A DNA stretch of 64,000 nt from an uncultured Chloroflexia bacterium. Lineage in GTDB: Bacteria > Chloroflexota > Limnocylindria > Limnocylindrales > CSP1-4. Shown piece by piece: positions 22,407 through 32,850 of this stretch. The notes below the pieces were generated by a model. The model did no database searches, had not been told where the DNA came from, and saw only the letters and a list, made by a program, of their open reading frames with translations. The DNA is taken from positions 343-64,342 of the forward strand of contig CAVYBJ010000001.1 in assembly GCA_963766685.1 (NCBI GenBank), in the 5' to 3' direction. Position numbers and translations under genes: made by a program. The number at the start of each line of letters is the position of its first letter. Position 1 is the first letter of the stretch.

Positions 22407-22889
22407 ATGACCGACTCGCCGGCCGCCATCGAACCCGCGACCGTGCTGCTCAGCACGGCCGAGCTGCAGCGGCTCATCCCGCACCGCTGGCCGTTCCTGC
22501 TCGTGGACCGCGTCCTGGAAGAGGACCGCGAGCGCGGCTACATCCGGGCGGAGAAGGCGGTCACGGCCACGGAGTGGTTCTTCGGCGGCCACTTCCCGGG
22601 CCTGCCCGTCATGCCCGGTGTCCTGCAGGTGGAGGCGCTGGCCCAGACGATGGCCATCTACGTCGCCCGCAGCGAGGGCTTCGGCGATCGCATCGGCCTC
22701 TTCGCGGGCATCGACGAGTGCCGCTTCAAGCGCATCGTGCAGCCCGGGGACCGCATGACGCTCGAGGTCACCATGGAGAAGCTGGGCCGTCGCTTCGGGA
22801 AGGGACGCGCGGTGGCCTCCGTCGACGGCGAGGTCTGCTGCGAGGCCCTCATCTCCTTCGTCATCCCGCCCGCCGACGCGCTCCGGTGA
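22407..22889 (+). CDS. fabZ: 3-hydroxyacyl-ACP dehydratase FabZ
   Basis: IPHRWPFLLVDRV and GHFPGLPVMPGVLQVEALAQ hot-dog motifs. Confidence 0.9.
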   Translation: MTDSPAAIEPATVLLSTAELQRLIPHRWPFLLVDRVLEEDRERGYIRAEKAVTATEWFFGGHFPGLPVMPGVLQVEALAQTMAIYVARSEGFGDRIGLFAGIDECRFKRIVQPGDRMTLEVTMEKLGRRFGKGRAVASVDGEVCCEALISFVIPPADALR

Positions 22890-23635
22890 GCGGCCTGCGC
22901 ATCGCCCTGCTGGGTGACATCCACGGGAACGTGCTGGCCCTGCAGGCCGCCCTGGCGGACATCGAGGCGCGCCAGCCGGACCGCCTGGCCATCCTGGGCG
23001 ATCTCGTCATGAACGGTCCTCGCCCGGCGGAGGTCATGGCGGCCCTCATGGGGCTGGATGCCGCCGGTGCGCTGGTCATCTCCGGGAACACGGACATCGC
23101 CGTGGCGGACGGTGACTTCGCGGCTGCCTTCCCCTGGTTGGACGAGGTTCCGGTCAGCCACCGCGCGGCCGCCGAGTGGGCGCGCGAGCAGCTCAGCCCG
23201 GCCCAGCTGGAGTACCTGCGTCGGCTGCCGGCCGAGCGCCGCATCAGCGCCGGCGAAGACCTCGTGCTGGCCTGCCACGCCTCGCCGGGCAGCCAGACGG
23301 CGGGCATGCCGGCCGACCTGGACGCGGCCGTGACGATGCAGTACGCGACGCGCACGGACGCCCGGGTCATCTGCTGCGGCCACACCCACGTGGCGGACGT
23401 GCGCGAGCTCGGCCGCAGGCTGCTGGTGAACCCGGGCTCCTGCGGCTACGCCTTCGACGGCACCCCGGAAGCCTGCTGGGCGATGCTCACCATGGGCGAG
23501 GCTGGCGAGCCGGAGGTCCAGCTCCACCGCGTCGCCTACGATGCCCAGGCGGCCGCGGAGGAGGTCAGCGAGCGCGGCCTGCCCGGTGACGTGTATCGGG
23601 CAGCCACCATCCGTACCGGGAGGTTCGTGCGATGA
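22886..23635 (+). CDS. Metallophosphoesterase (YfcE/MJ0936-like calcineurin-fold phosphodiesterase)
   Basis: GTG 22886 overlaps the fabZ stop (GTGA). Motifs GDIHGN, GDLVMNGP, GNTD and CGHTH. The ORF-track start 22574 is out-of-frame read-through of fabZ. Confidence 0.75.
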   Translation: MSGLRIALLGDIHGNVLALQAALADIEARQPDRLAILGDLVMNGPRPAEVMAALMGLDAAGALVISGNTDIAVADGDFAAAFPWLDEVPVSHRAAAEWAREQLSPAQLEYLRRLPAERRISAGEDLVLACHASPGSQTAGMPADLDAAVTMQYATRTDARVICCGHTHVADVRELGRRLLVNPGSCGYAFDGTPEACWAMLTMGEAGEPEVQLHRVAYDAQAAAEEVSERGLPGDVYRAATIRTGRFVR

Positions 23636-24900
23636 GCGATGTCGCCGGGGGGCGCCGCGTGGTCGTGACGGGCCTGGGTGCCGTCACGCCCCTGGGCAGC
23701 GGGGTCGCCCTCTACTGGCGACGCCTCGTGGCGGGCGAATCGGGCGTCCGCCCCATCACGCTCTTCGATGCCTCCGACCTGGCCAGCCGCATCGCCGGCG
23801 AGGTGCCCGACTTCGATCCCTCCGGCGTGCTCGAGCGCAAGGAGGTGCGGCGCAACGACCGCACCACGCAGATGGCCCTCGTGGCCACCCGCGAGGCGCT
23901 CGACGACGCGGGCCTGCCCGGGCGCCTGGAGGGCAGCCTGGCCGAGCAGACCGGCATCCTCATGTCGACCGGCCTCGGCGGCACTGGCACGCTCATCGAG
24001 CAGATCGGCATCTGTGCCACGGTCGGCGCCGGCCGCCTCAGCCCCTTCTTCATCCCCATGGCCATCGCCAACATGGCCTCCGGGGTGGCCGGCATCGTCT
24101 TCGGCGCGCTGGGCCCCAACTTCTCGACCACCAGCGCCTGCGCGTCCTCCGGTCACGCCCTCGGCGAGGCCAGCGAGATCGTCCGCCGTGGTGACGCCGA
24201 CGTCATGGTGGCGGGTGGCTGCGAGGCCTCCGTCTACGCAGCCACGGTGGGCGGCTTCGCGGCCATGCGTGCCCTCTCCACGCGCAACGACGACCCGGCC
24301 GCCGCCAGCCGGCCCTTCGATGCCGCTCGTGACGGGTTCGTGGTCGCGGAGGGTTCGGCCGCCCTCATCCTCGAGGAGCTTGGCCACGCGGAGCGTCGCG
24401 GGGCCCGCATCTACGCGGAGGTCTGCGGCTATGGCGCCACCGCGGACGGGCACCACATCACGACGCCGTCGCCCGGTGGGGCAGGGGCCGTGCGGGCTGC
24501 CCGGCGGGCGCTTGCCAAGGCCGGGATGGAGGCCGGGCGCATCGACCTCGTGAGCGCCCACGCCACGAGCACCGGCGAGGGCGACCCGACGGAGCTGATG
24601 GCCATCAACACCCTGGTCGGCGACCACGCCGCGAACGTCAGCGTGACGGCCACCAAGTCGTCCATCGGCCACACCCTGGGGGCGGCCGGCGCCATCGCCG
24701 CCGTGGCCACGGTCAAGGCGCTCGAGGAGGGCGTCGTGCCGCCCACCATCAACCTCGTGGACCCGGACGAGCGCGCCGGCGCCCTGGACCTCACGCCACG
24801 GGTGGCGCGTCGGCGCGCCCTGGACGTGGCCCTCGTCAACGCCTTTGGCTTCGGTGGCCAGAACGCGGCCATCGTGCTGCAGCGCTGGGCCGGGTCGTGA
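23632..24900 (+). CDS. fabF: 3-oxoacyl-ACP synthase II
   Basis: Active-site Cys in TTSACASSGHA, His motifs HATSTGEGD and GHTLGAAG, and C-terminal NAFGFGGQNA. Confidence 0.9.
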   Translation: MSDVAGGRRVVVTGLGAVTPLGSGVALYWRRLVAGESGVRPITLFDASDLASRIAGEVPDFDPSGVLERKEVRRNDRTTQMALVATREALDDAGLPGRLEGSLAEQTGILMSTGLGGTGTLIEQIGICATVGAGRLSPFFIPMAIANMASGVAGIVFGALGPNFSTTSACASSGHALGEASEIVRRGDADVMVAGGCEASVYAATVGGFAAMRALSTRNDDPAAASRPFDAARDGFVVAEGSAALILEELGHAERRGARIYAEVCGYGATADGHHITTPSPGGAGAVRAARRALAKAGMEAGRIDLVSAHATSTGEGDPTELMAINTLVGDHAANVSVTATKSSIGHTLGAAGAIAAVATVKALEEGVVPPTINLVDPDERAGALDLTPRVARRRALDVALVNAFGFGGQNAAIVLQRWAGS

Positions 24901-25355
24901 GCCGCTCGGTGGAGGTGGAGCGCCTCGTCGGCCTCGTCGACCGCCTGGAGACGCTGCTGGAGCGTTCCGGGCTGTCCGAGCTGGAGCTGGAGGCGGGCGG
25001 CACGAGCGTCACCCTGCGGACGCCGGCCGCCTTTGCCACCCTGGCTGCCGCCGCGCCCGTCGAGGAGGCCCCCGGCGAGCCGCTGCCGCCGGAGGAGCCG
25101 GCCCGGCCGCGTGGCTCGCACGCCATCGTGGCGCCTCTCACCGGCGTCTACTACCGCTCGCCGTCGCCGGGGGCTGAGCCCTACGTGCGCGAGGGCGGCC
25201 CGGTCAGCGCCGGCCAGGTCATCGGCCTCATCGAAGCCATGAAGCTCTTCAACGAGATCAAGAGCGACGTCACCGGCACGGTCAGGCACATGGCCGTCGG
25301 CGACGGCGAGCTGGTCAAGGTGCGTCAGACGCTCATCGAGGTGGATCCGGCATGA
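24897..25355 (+). CDS. accB: Biotin carboxyl carrier protein (canonical, with biotinyl-Lys)
   Basis: APLTGVYYRSPSPGAEPYV...GQVIGLIEAMKLFNEI carries the EAMK biotinylation motif. GTGA overlap with fabF and ATGA overlap with fabH. Confidence 0.85.
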   Translation: MSRSVEVERLVGLVDRLETLLERSGLSELELEAGGTSVTLRTPAAFATLAAAAPVEEAPGEPLPPEEPARPRGSHAIVAPLTGVYYRSPSPGAEPYVREGGPVSAGQVIGLIEAMKLFNEIKSDVTGTVRHMAVGDGELVKVRQTLIEVDPA

Positions 25356-26566
25356 GCGGCCCCGGTTCCTACGCGGCCGGTCCGCCGGCCAGCGTGCGCA
25401 TCAGCGGCTGGGGCTCGTACGTGCCCGAGCGCGTCCTCTCCAACGCCGATCTCGAGCGCATCGTGGACACGTCGGACGAGTGGATCCGGACGCGCACGGG
25501 TATCAGCGAGCGGCGCGTGGCAGCCCCCCACGAGACCACGGCGACCCTGGGCGCCATCGCCTCCAAGCGAGCCATCGCCGTGGCCGGCCTGGCGCCGGAT
25601 GACATCGACGTCATCGTGGTGGCCACGCTCACGCCGGACTATCCCATGCCCTCCACGGCCGTCCTCGTCAAGGAGGCCATCGGCAACAGCACGGCGGCCG
25701 CCTTCGACGTGGCCGCCGCCTGCTCCGGCTTCGTCTACGCCTACGCCACGGCCGACGCCTTCGTGCGCAGCGGGATGGCGCGCCACGTGCTGGTCGTGGG
25801 CGCGGAGCTCCTGACGCGCTTCATCGACTTCTCCGACCGCTCCACGTGCATCCTCTTCGGCGACGGCGCCGGCGCCGTGGTGCTCTCCGCTTCGGACGAG
25901 GTCGGGGGCGGGCTCGCCGGCCTGGAGATGACGACCGACCCGGACGGCGCCTACATGATCTGGCTGCCCTCCGGCGGCTCGCGCAGTCCGGCCAGCCTGG
26001 AGACCGCCAGGCGCGGCGAGCACTTCATTCGCATGGAGGGCCGCGAGACCTACCGCTACGCGACGCGGACCCTGGCGGCCTCGGCCCTGGCGGCCATCGC
26101 CAAGGCCGGCTGGCAGCCCGACGAGGTGGACCTCTTCATCCCCCACCAGGCCAACATCCGCATCATCGAGGCGGTCGCCCGGGGCCTCGGCCTGCCCATG
26201 GAGAAGATGGTCGTCAACATCGACCGCTACGGCAACACCTCGGCTGCCTCGGTGGGCATCGCCCTCGACGAGGCCGTCCGCGGAGGCCGCGTCCAGCCCG
26301 GCGACAAGCTCGTCCTCTTCGCCTTCGGGGCCGGCTTCACGAGCGGTGCCGCGGCGGTCACGTGGACGGCGGACCCGGCCCGTTCCGCCCGCAGCGCGGA
26401 CATCAAGCCGGTGGCCAGCGTCCGAGCGCCGCTCGACTGGGCATCGGTGGATCCCATGCCGCCGCGGCTGGCGGCTGTGCTGGCCGACCCGGGCGGCCCG
26501 CCGGTGCCGCTGGACGACGTCATCCCCGGCGACCCCGCGCCGGCGCATCTGGAGGAGCAGCCATGA
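25352..26566 (+). CDS. fabH: 3-oxoacyl-ACP synthase III with a ~66-aa Pro-rich C-terminal extension
   Basis: Catalytic triad contexts AAACSGF, PHQANIRI and YGNTSAAS. The canonical end is near ...GAAAVTW (aa 338) but the ORF continues to aa 404. Confidence 0.9.
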   Translation: MSGPGSYAAGPPASVRISGWGSYVPERVLSNADLERIVDTSDEWIRTRTGISERRVAAPHETTATLGAIASKRAIAVAGLAPDDIDVIVVATLTPDYPMPSTAVLVKEAIGNSTAAAFDVAAACSGFVYAYATADAFVRSGMARHVLVVGAELLTRFIDFSDRSTCILFGDGAGAVVLSASDEVGGGLAGLEMTTDPDGAYMIWLPSGGSRSPASLETARRGEHFIRMEGRETYRYATRTLAASALAAIAKAGWQPDEVDLFIPHQANIRIIEAVARGLGLPMEKMVVNIDRYGNTSAASVGIALDEAVRGGRVQPGDKLVLFAFGAGFTSGAAAVTWTADPARSARSADIKPVASVRAPLDWASVDPMPPRLAAVLADPGGPPVPLDDVIPGDPAPAHLEEQP

Positions 26567-27312
26567 TCGACCTCTCGGACAGGACCGCCATCGTCACAGG
26601 CGGCGCGCGCGGCATCGGGCGCGCCATCGTCCTGAAGCTGGCGACGCAGGGGGCCAACATCGCCTTCATGGATCGCGGCGCCGTGGACGTCGCCGAGCAG
26701 ACCCGGGCGGATGTCGAAGCGCTGGGCCGGCGCGCGCTCTTCTTCCCCGGCGACGTGACGAACCCCGACGATTGCTCGGCCTTCGTGCAGGCGGCGCTCG
26801 AGGCCCATGGGCGCGTGGACATCCTCGTGAACAACGCCGGCATCACCCGCGACGATCTGGTCATGCGGATGGGCATCGACGAGTGGAAGGCGGTCCTGGA
26901 GGTCAACCTCTTCGGCGCGTTCTACTGCACCAAGGCCGTGCTGCGACCGATGCTGCGGGCGCGCTCGGGCCGCATCATCAACATGTCGAGCGTGTCGGGG
27001 CAGGCCGGGCAGGCCGGGCAGGCCAACTACTCGTCGTCGAAGGCCGGCCTCATCGGTCTCACCAAGGCCACGGCCCGCGAGGTCGCCAGCCGGGGCATCA
27101 CGGTCAACGCGGTGGCGCCCGGCTTCATCGTGACGGAACTCACGAAGGACCTGCCCGCGGAGCTCCAGGACGCCATCCGCAAGCAGACGCCCCTCGGTCA
27201 CTTCGGGACCGTCGACGACATCGCCAACGCCGTCGCCTTCCTGGCCTCCGACGAGGCCGGCTATATCACCGGCCAGGTGCTGGCCGTGGATGGCGGCCTC
27301 GTGATGATGTAG
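26563..27312 (+). CDS. fabG: 3-oxoacyl-ACP reductase
   Basis: ATG 26563 (ATGA overlap with fabH). SDR motifs TGGARGIGRAI, NNAG and YSSSKAG. Confidence 0.9.
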   Translation: MIDLSDRTAIVTGGARGIGRAIVLKLATQGANIAFMDRGAVDVAEQTRADVEALGRRALFFPGDVTNPDDCSAFVQAALEAHGRVDILVNNAGITRDDLVMRMGIDEWKAVLEVNLFGAFYCTKAVLRPMLRARSGRIINMSSVSGQAGQAGQANYSSSKAGLIGLTKATAREVASRGITVNAVAPGFIVTELTKDLPAELQDAIRKQTPLGHFGTVDDIANAVAFLASDEAGYITGQVLAVDGGLVMM

Positions 27313-27337
27313 GCGATTCGGGGTACCGTGTGCCCCG

Positions 27338-28454
27338 ATGGGACGTCGTCGCGGCAGATCCGGCCTCGGGCTGCTCGTCCTGGCGTGCTTGCTGCTGGGC
27401 AGCCAGCTGTCGGCCGCGGCCATGGCGCCCGACCCCGTCCAGGGTGAAGTGGGCCTGCGCGTCGCCATCGACGCCATGCGTCAACTGGCCACGGACAGTC
27501 GCTCCAACCAGGCACGGGAGGCCACGACGCGACCGCGACCCGGCCTTCCGGTGAGGCTCGGCAGGGACGGCCGGCTGACCGTGCTGCTGCTGGGATCGGA
27601 TTGGCGACCCGACGCCGGCGGCGAGCGCCTTGACGTGCTCATGGTGGCCACCATCGACCCGACCACCGGTGAGGCGGCCGTGGTGAGCATCCCGCGCGAC
27701 ATGTCCGGCATCCCCTTTGCTGACGGCGGCAACAGCGGAAGCACCCGCATCAACTCCATCTACTACCTGCGCTACCGAGATCCGGCACTGCCCCACGAGG
27801 CCCTCGACCGGGATGGGCTGAAGCGGTTCAGCAAGGACGTCGGGACCCTCCTCGGCACGGAGATCGACTACTGGGCCCTGACGCGCTTCGGCACCTTCAC
27901 CAACCTGGTCAACACGCTGGGTGGCGTGCGCGTGGACGTACGAGGAGGAGGTGCTGGACACCTCGTACCATCACGGCAGCTCACGCGGCGTGTGGTTCCC
28001 GGTGCAGGACGATTACCTGCTCAAGGGCGACCCCAAGTGCAAGCCCAAGCCGAAGCGCTGCCACTCTGCGCTCGTCTACGCGCGCTCGCGGCACGGCACC
28101 ATGGGCGACCAGTACAACGACGACTACCGGCGCGCCGAGCGGCAGCAGGACATCGTGCGCTCCGCCGTCAAGGCCGTCCTGGAGGACCGCGGCGCCGGCG
28201 TCGAGCTGCTGGGCACGCTGCTGCGCGTGCGCGACCTCATCGAGACGAACATCCCCAAGACGGCGGAGGCAGCCGGGCAGCTCTACGCGCTCCTGGAGCA
28301 GCTCCGACTCCCGGAGTCCAACATGAAGGTCCTGGCACCGGCGACCTGGGCCGGCATGGCCCCGGACGGCACCACCAAGCCGAACCTGCCAGCCATCCGG
28401 GACTGGGTGGACAGGCACTTCTCCAAGGTGGCCCGCGAACCTCAGCAGGGCTGA
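27338..28454 (+). pseudogene. LytR-CpsA-Psr (LCP) family cell-envelope phosphotransferase; one +1 break near 27940
   Basis: N-terminal membrane anchor and LCP core LLLGSDWRPDAGGERLDVLMVATIDPTTGEAAVVSIPRDM in the 27338 frame. The continuation EEEVLDTSYHH...ALVYARSRHG...RAERQQDIV is in ORF 27921..28454. Confidence 0.75.
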
Positions 28455-28588
28455 CGAGCGGTCCGGGCCGCGTCGTGGCTCGCGGTGGGCGCTCGGCACT
28501 CGCGTGGGTGCGCGGCCTGTGCCATCCTCGCCCCGTGACCGCATCGACGAGCGGCCCTGCCGGAGAGCCGGGCGGCCGCGACCTGCAG

Positions 28589-29824
28589 ATGACGCCGGAG
28601 ACGACCACCGACGCGCAGCTCCTGCGACGGCTCGAGCGGGCCCGCCTGGTGCTCGTGGTCAGCCTGACCGGACTGGCCGTTCTCTGCGTCTGGCTGCTGG
28701 CCGACGACGGCATCGCGCCGCTCGACGCGATCCTCGCCCTGGGGCTCGTTGCCCTGGCCCTGGCCCTGTACGCCATGTCCGTGACCTCGGCCGCGCTGAC
28801 GCGCAATCGCCTCGAGCGGGAGGCCGGCATGCGCCGCATCGTCTCGGGACTGTCGCGCTCGCTCTCACCGGAGGCGGTCGTGGACACCGTCATCTCCGAC
28901 CTTCGGTCGGCCACCGAGGCGGACCACGTGGTCGTGGCGCGCGTGCGCCAGCCGGACGGCCACGTGGAGGTGACGCTCGTGGCGGCGCGTGCCGACGCCC
29001 CGCCGTCGCGGACCACGCTGCGCCCCGAGCTGGAGTCGCCCGCGAGCACCACGGCGGGAGCGGTGGACGAGGGGGTCGGCGAGAGCGCCGGCGGACCGGG
29101 GGACGAGGCCGTGGCCGCGGCCGAGGAGATCGCACGGCGCGTGCGCTCGGCCTACGGCCTGCCCCACACGCTGGCCACGCCACTCGTCTCCGAGAAGCGG
29201 TTCCTCGGGGCCCTGCTCCTGGCGCGGCGCAGCCGGGGCACCTGGAGCGAGGGCGATCGGCGGCTCCTGAGCTGGGCGGCCGGCGAGGTCGCCACCGCCT
29301 TCACTCGCGCCTACGCCCTGGAGGCCGCCGAGCGCGGTGCCAAGATCGACGTCCTGACCGGCCTGCCCAACCGGCGCTACTTCGACGAGGCTCTGGGCAT
29401 GGAGCGCCCGCGGCGTCGAACGGATGACAGCCTGGGCATCCTCATGATCGACATCGACCACTTCAAGATCCTCAACGACCGCTTCGGGCACGCCACGGGC
29501 GACCGCGTCCTGCGCGCCGTCGCGGGCGCCATCGCGCAGACCGTCCGAACGGAGGACACGCCGGCTCGCTACGGCGGGGAGGAGTTCGCGGTGCTCCTGC
29601 GGCGGACCTCGGCCGAGCAGGCGGTGGAGGTCGCCGAGCGCGTCCGGCGTGCCGTGGTGCGGCTCCACCCGGCCAGCCTGGGCATCGACGAGCCGGTCAC
29701 GGTCTCCGTGGGGGTCGCCGTGGCGGAGCCCGACCAGGCCGCCAGCCCGCGCCTGGTCGAACGTGCCGACCAGGCGCTCTACCGCGCCAAGCGGCAGGGC
29801 CGCGACCGCGTCGTGTCGGCCTGA
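28589..29824 (+). CDS. Membrane-anchored GAF-GGDEF diguanylate cyclase
   Basis: Two TM helices and a GAF-like region. The GGDEF domain has DVLTGLPNRRYF, an I-site RTED five residues before the active-site GGEEF, and YRAKRQGRDRV. An earlier GTG start is possible. Confidence 0.85.
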   Translation: MTPETTTDAQLLRRLERARLVLVVSLTGLAVLCVWLLADDGIAPLDAILALGLVALALALYAMSVTSAALTRNRLEREAGMRRIVSGLSRSLSPEAVVDTVISDLRSATEADHVVVARVRQPDGHVEVTLVAARADAPPSRTTLRPELESPASTTAGAVDEGVGESAGGPGDEAVAAAEEIARRVRSAYGLPHTLATPLVSEKRFLGALLLARRSRGTWSEGDRRLLSWAAGEVATAFTRAYALEAAERGAKIDVLTGLPNRRYFDEALGMERPRRRTDDSLGILMIDIDHFKILNDRFGHATGDRVLRAVAGAIAQTVRTEDTPARYGGEEFAVLLRRTSAEQAVEVAERVRRAVVRLHPASLGIDEPVTVSVGVAVAEPDQAASPRLVERADQALYRAKRQGRDRVVSA

Positions 29825-29837
29825 CCTGCGACGCCCG

Positions 29838-31689
29838 ATGGCCGAAGCGGTCGCAGCCGACCGGACCCCGGGGCGCGACGGCCCCAGCAACGCCGCCATC
29901 GCGGCCCTGCTGACGGAGATCGCCGACCTGCTGGAGATCAGGGGCGAGTCGGCCTTCCGGGTGGGGGCCTACCGGCGCGCCGCGGAGTCGGTGGGCCGCT
30001 GTCCGCTGGACGTGGCCGCGGAGGTGCGGGCCGGCCACCCGCTCGAGGTGCCGGGCGTTGGTCAGACGATCGCCGAGCGCATCAGCGAGCTCGTCGAGAG
30101 CGGGCGCATCGCCTACCTCGACGAGCTGCGGCACGAGGTGCCACCGACGCTGCTGCCCCTGCTGGCCATCCCGGGTGTCGGTCCGCGCACGGTGGGCACG
30201 GCCTGGCGCGAGCTGGGCATCGCCACGCCCGAGGACTTCGCGGCGGCCGCACGCGCCGGGCGTCTCCGGGAGCTGCCCGGCTTCGGCCCGCGCACCGAGG
30301 CGCGCATCCTGGAGGGCATCGAGCAGTTGACTCGAGGGCCACGGCGCCGCATGCGCATCGGCGAGGCGCAGGCCCTCGCCGCGCGGGTCATCGAGGTCAT
30401 GGAGGCCCTGCCGGGCGTGCGCTCCGCGACGGCCTGCGGCTCCCTGCGGCGGCGCTGTGAGACCGTGGGCGACCTGGACGTGCTCATCGAGACGGACCAG
30501 CCGGAGGCCGCCCTCGCGGCGCTCGCCACGCTGCCGTCGGCGGACCCGGAGGCGGCCGACCTCCCGGTCGCCGGCCACGCCCGGCTCAGCCTCGGGCTGC
30601 GGGACGGCCCGCGGCTCGACGTCATGACGACCCCGCCGGGTTCGGTCGGCAGCGCCCTGGTCCACTTCACGGGGTCGGCGGCACACAACGTGGCCCTCCG
30701 GCATCGGGCGCGGCAGATGGGCTGGTCGCTCTCCGAGCACGGGCTGGCAGCGCTGGGCGGCGAGGGGGGCGAGGTCCGCACCTTCGCCACGGAGGCCGCG
30801 CTCTACGCGGCCCTGGGGCTGTCGGACGATCCCACCGGAGCTGCGCGAGGGACAGGGTGAGCTGGAGGCCGCCGAGGCGGGTCGCCTGCCTGACCTCGTG
30901 CGCCTCTCCGACCTGCGCGGCGACTGCCACAGCCACAGCGACTGGTCGGACGGGCGAGAGCCGCTGGAGGTCATGGTCGACTCTGCCCGGGCGGCCGGAC
31001 GCCGCTACCAGGTGCTCACCGACCACTCCTGGAGCCTGGGCATCGCCAACGGCCTGTCGCCCGCCCGCGTCGAGCAGCAGCGACGGCGTCATCGCCGAGC
31101 TCAACGAGCGCTTCGCACGCCAGGCGGCCGCAGGCGACGCTGCCCGTTGGCGCCGCGGCCGAGGGCTTCCGGCTCCTGCACGGCTGCGAGCTGGAGATCA
31201 CGACGCGACGGCCGGCTGGACTACGACGACGCCCTCCTGGCCCGCTTCGACGTCGTGGTGGCCTCGCTGCACGTCGGTCGGCGCCAGCCCCGCGCCCAGC
31301 TCATGGCGCGCTACGAGCTGGCCATGCGCAGCCCGCACGTGGACATCATCAGCCACCCTTCGGGCCGCAAGATCGGCGAGCGGCCGGACCTGGACCTCGA
31401 CTGGGAGGCGTTCTATGGGCTGGCGGCGGAGACAGGCACGCTGCTGGAGATCAACGGCAGCGAGGCGCGCCTTGACCTGGAGCCGCAGCGCATCCGGGCA
31501 GCGCGTGCTGCCGGCTGCAGCTTCGTCATCTCCTCCGACGCCCACGAGCGCGCTGAGTGGCGCCATCTCGACTTCGGCGTGGCCATGGCCAGGCGTGGCT
31601 GGCTGGAGGCCGGCCACGTCGCCAACTGCCTGCCCCTCGAGGACTTCCTGGCCCTCATGCGTGACAAGCCGCACCGCCTGCCGGCCTGA
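29838..31689 (+). pseudogene. polX: Family X DNA polymerase with C-terminal PHP domain; four successive +1 breaks (~30828, ~31083, ~31145, ~31200)
   Basis: HhH motifs GVGQTIAERI and PGVGPRTV, and the pol-beta nucleotidyltransferase motif GSLRRRCETVGDLDVLI, are in ORF 29649..30860. IPPELRE...GDCHSHSDWSDG, IAELNERF, EGFRLLHGCELEI and DGRLDYDD...ASLH...ISHPSGR...SSDAH step through the three frames in order. Confidence 0.85.
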
Positions 31690-31821
31690 CAGCGCGGTTG
31701 GGCGGCCCGGGGTCGGGGTGGTACGATTTGGCCTCGCGTGGACGCGGCGGCGTCTGGCCGTGCCCGCAACCCGCCGGCACGTGGCCCCGCGCACGTCCAC
31801 CCACCCACGACCGAGGAACGC

Positions 31822-32751
31822 ATGAGCTTCGATCCCTTGACCGCTAACGAACCCGTCGCCGTCTCCAGCACCATGACGGCCAGCCGCCTCAAGCGCCAGC
31901 TCGTCGACCAGGCCATCGACGCGGCCCGCCGGGCCGACTGGGCTGCTGCCGCGGAGACCAACCAGAAGGTCCTCGAGATGGGTCCTGACAGCGCCGCCCA
32001 GAACCGCCTCGCCAAGGCCTACTGGGAGATGGGCGAGCTGGCCATGGCTCGCGAGCATTACCAGTCGGCCCTGGCGGTCGATCCCACCAATCGGATCGCG
32101 GAGCGCAACATCGGCCGGCTGCGCCAGCTCATGGTGGAGGCCGGCTCGCGCACCGTGGCCGCCACGCCGGGCAGCAAGGCGCCCGTCAGCCTCTTCGTGG
32201 AGGAGACCGGCAAGACGGGCTTCGCACATCTCGTGGACCTCGCCAGCCCAGCCGACCTGGCACAGGTCAACCCGGGAGACTTCGTGGAACTGGCGCCGGA
32301 AGGCCCGCGCGTGGTGGCTCGCTCCAATGGCGTGGACATCGGTGTCGTCGAGCCGCGCGTGGCGGCCCGCCTGCTGCGCCTCATGGCGGACGGCAACAAG
32401 TACGCCGCCGGCGTCACCAGCCTCGGTGACAAGGACGTCCGCATCATCATCCGCGAGGTCTACCAGGACCCGGCCAACTACGGCAAGGTCTCCTTCCCCA
32501 CGGCAGCCAAGGTCTCCGACCTGCGCCCCTATACCAAGGGCACCCTCGTGCGCGAGGAGTCCGACCTCGAGGAGGAGCTGGAGTTCGACGAGGAGGACGA
32601 GTCCATCGAGGACATCGGCTCCGTGCTCGCGGCCCAGACGGAGCCCGAGGAAGGCTTCCAGATCGAGGGCGAGGTGCCGCCCGAAGCGGACGTGCTGGGC
32701 GACGACGACGACGAGCTGGACGAGGACGACGAGGACCTCGAGGAGGACTGA
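31822..32751 (+). CDS. Hypothetical protein: TPR-like N-terminus, beta-rich middle module, poly-Asp/Glu C-terminal tail
   Basis: SD GAGGAA before ATG 31822. TPR-like AKAYWEMGELAMAREHYQSALAVDPTN. Tail EESDLEEELEFDEEDES...DDDDELDEDDEDLEED. The ORF is uninterrupted. Confidence 0.6.
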   Translation: MSFDPLTANEPVAVSSTMTASRLKRQLVDQAIDAARRADWAAAAETNQKVLEMGPDSAAQNRLAKAYWEMGELAMAREHYQSALAVDPTNRIAERNIGRLRQLMVEAGSRTVAATPGSKAPVSLFVEETGKTGFAHLVDLASPADLAQVNPGDFVELAPEGPRVVARSNGVDIGVVEPRVAARLLRLMADGNKYAAGVTSLGDKDVRIIIREVYQDPANYGKVSFPTAAKVSDLRPYTKGTLVREESDLEEELEFDEEDESIEDIGSVLAAQTEPEEGFQIEGEVPPEADVLGDDDDELDEDDEDLEED

Positions 32752-32850
32752 GCTCGCCGGCAGCCGGGCGATCCGCTGATCGGGCCGCCCGCCGGCGGCT
32801 GACGCGACTCGCTGCCGCTGGCGCCGCCGGCGGATAGACTGGGCCCGCAG

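Noticed and set aside
26995-27030. Tandem CAGGCCGGG repeat (GQAGQAGQA) in fabG as an insertion
   Set aside because: The segment has the same length as the canonical SDR stretch before the catalytic YxxxK (…G.xG.AGQANY…). It is a sequence coincidence within a conserved loop, not an insertion.
27338-29824. 828-aa LCP-GGDEF fusion ORF
   Set aside because: After ~27940 the LCP domain continues in another frame and stops at 28454. The stretch from 27940 to 28588 in the long ORF is nonsense. The GGDEF protein has its own start at 28589.
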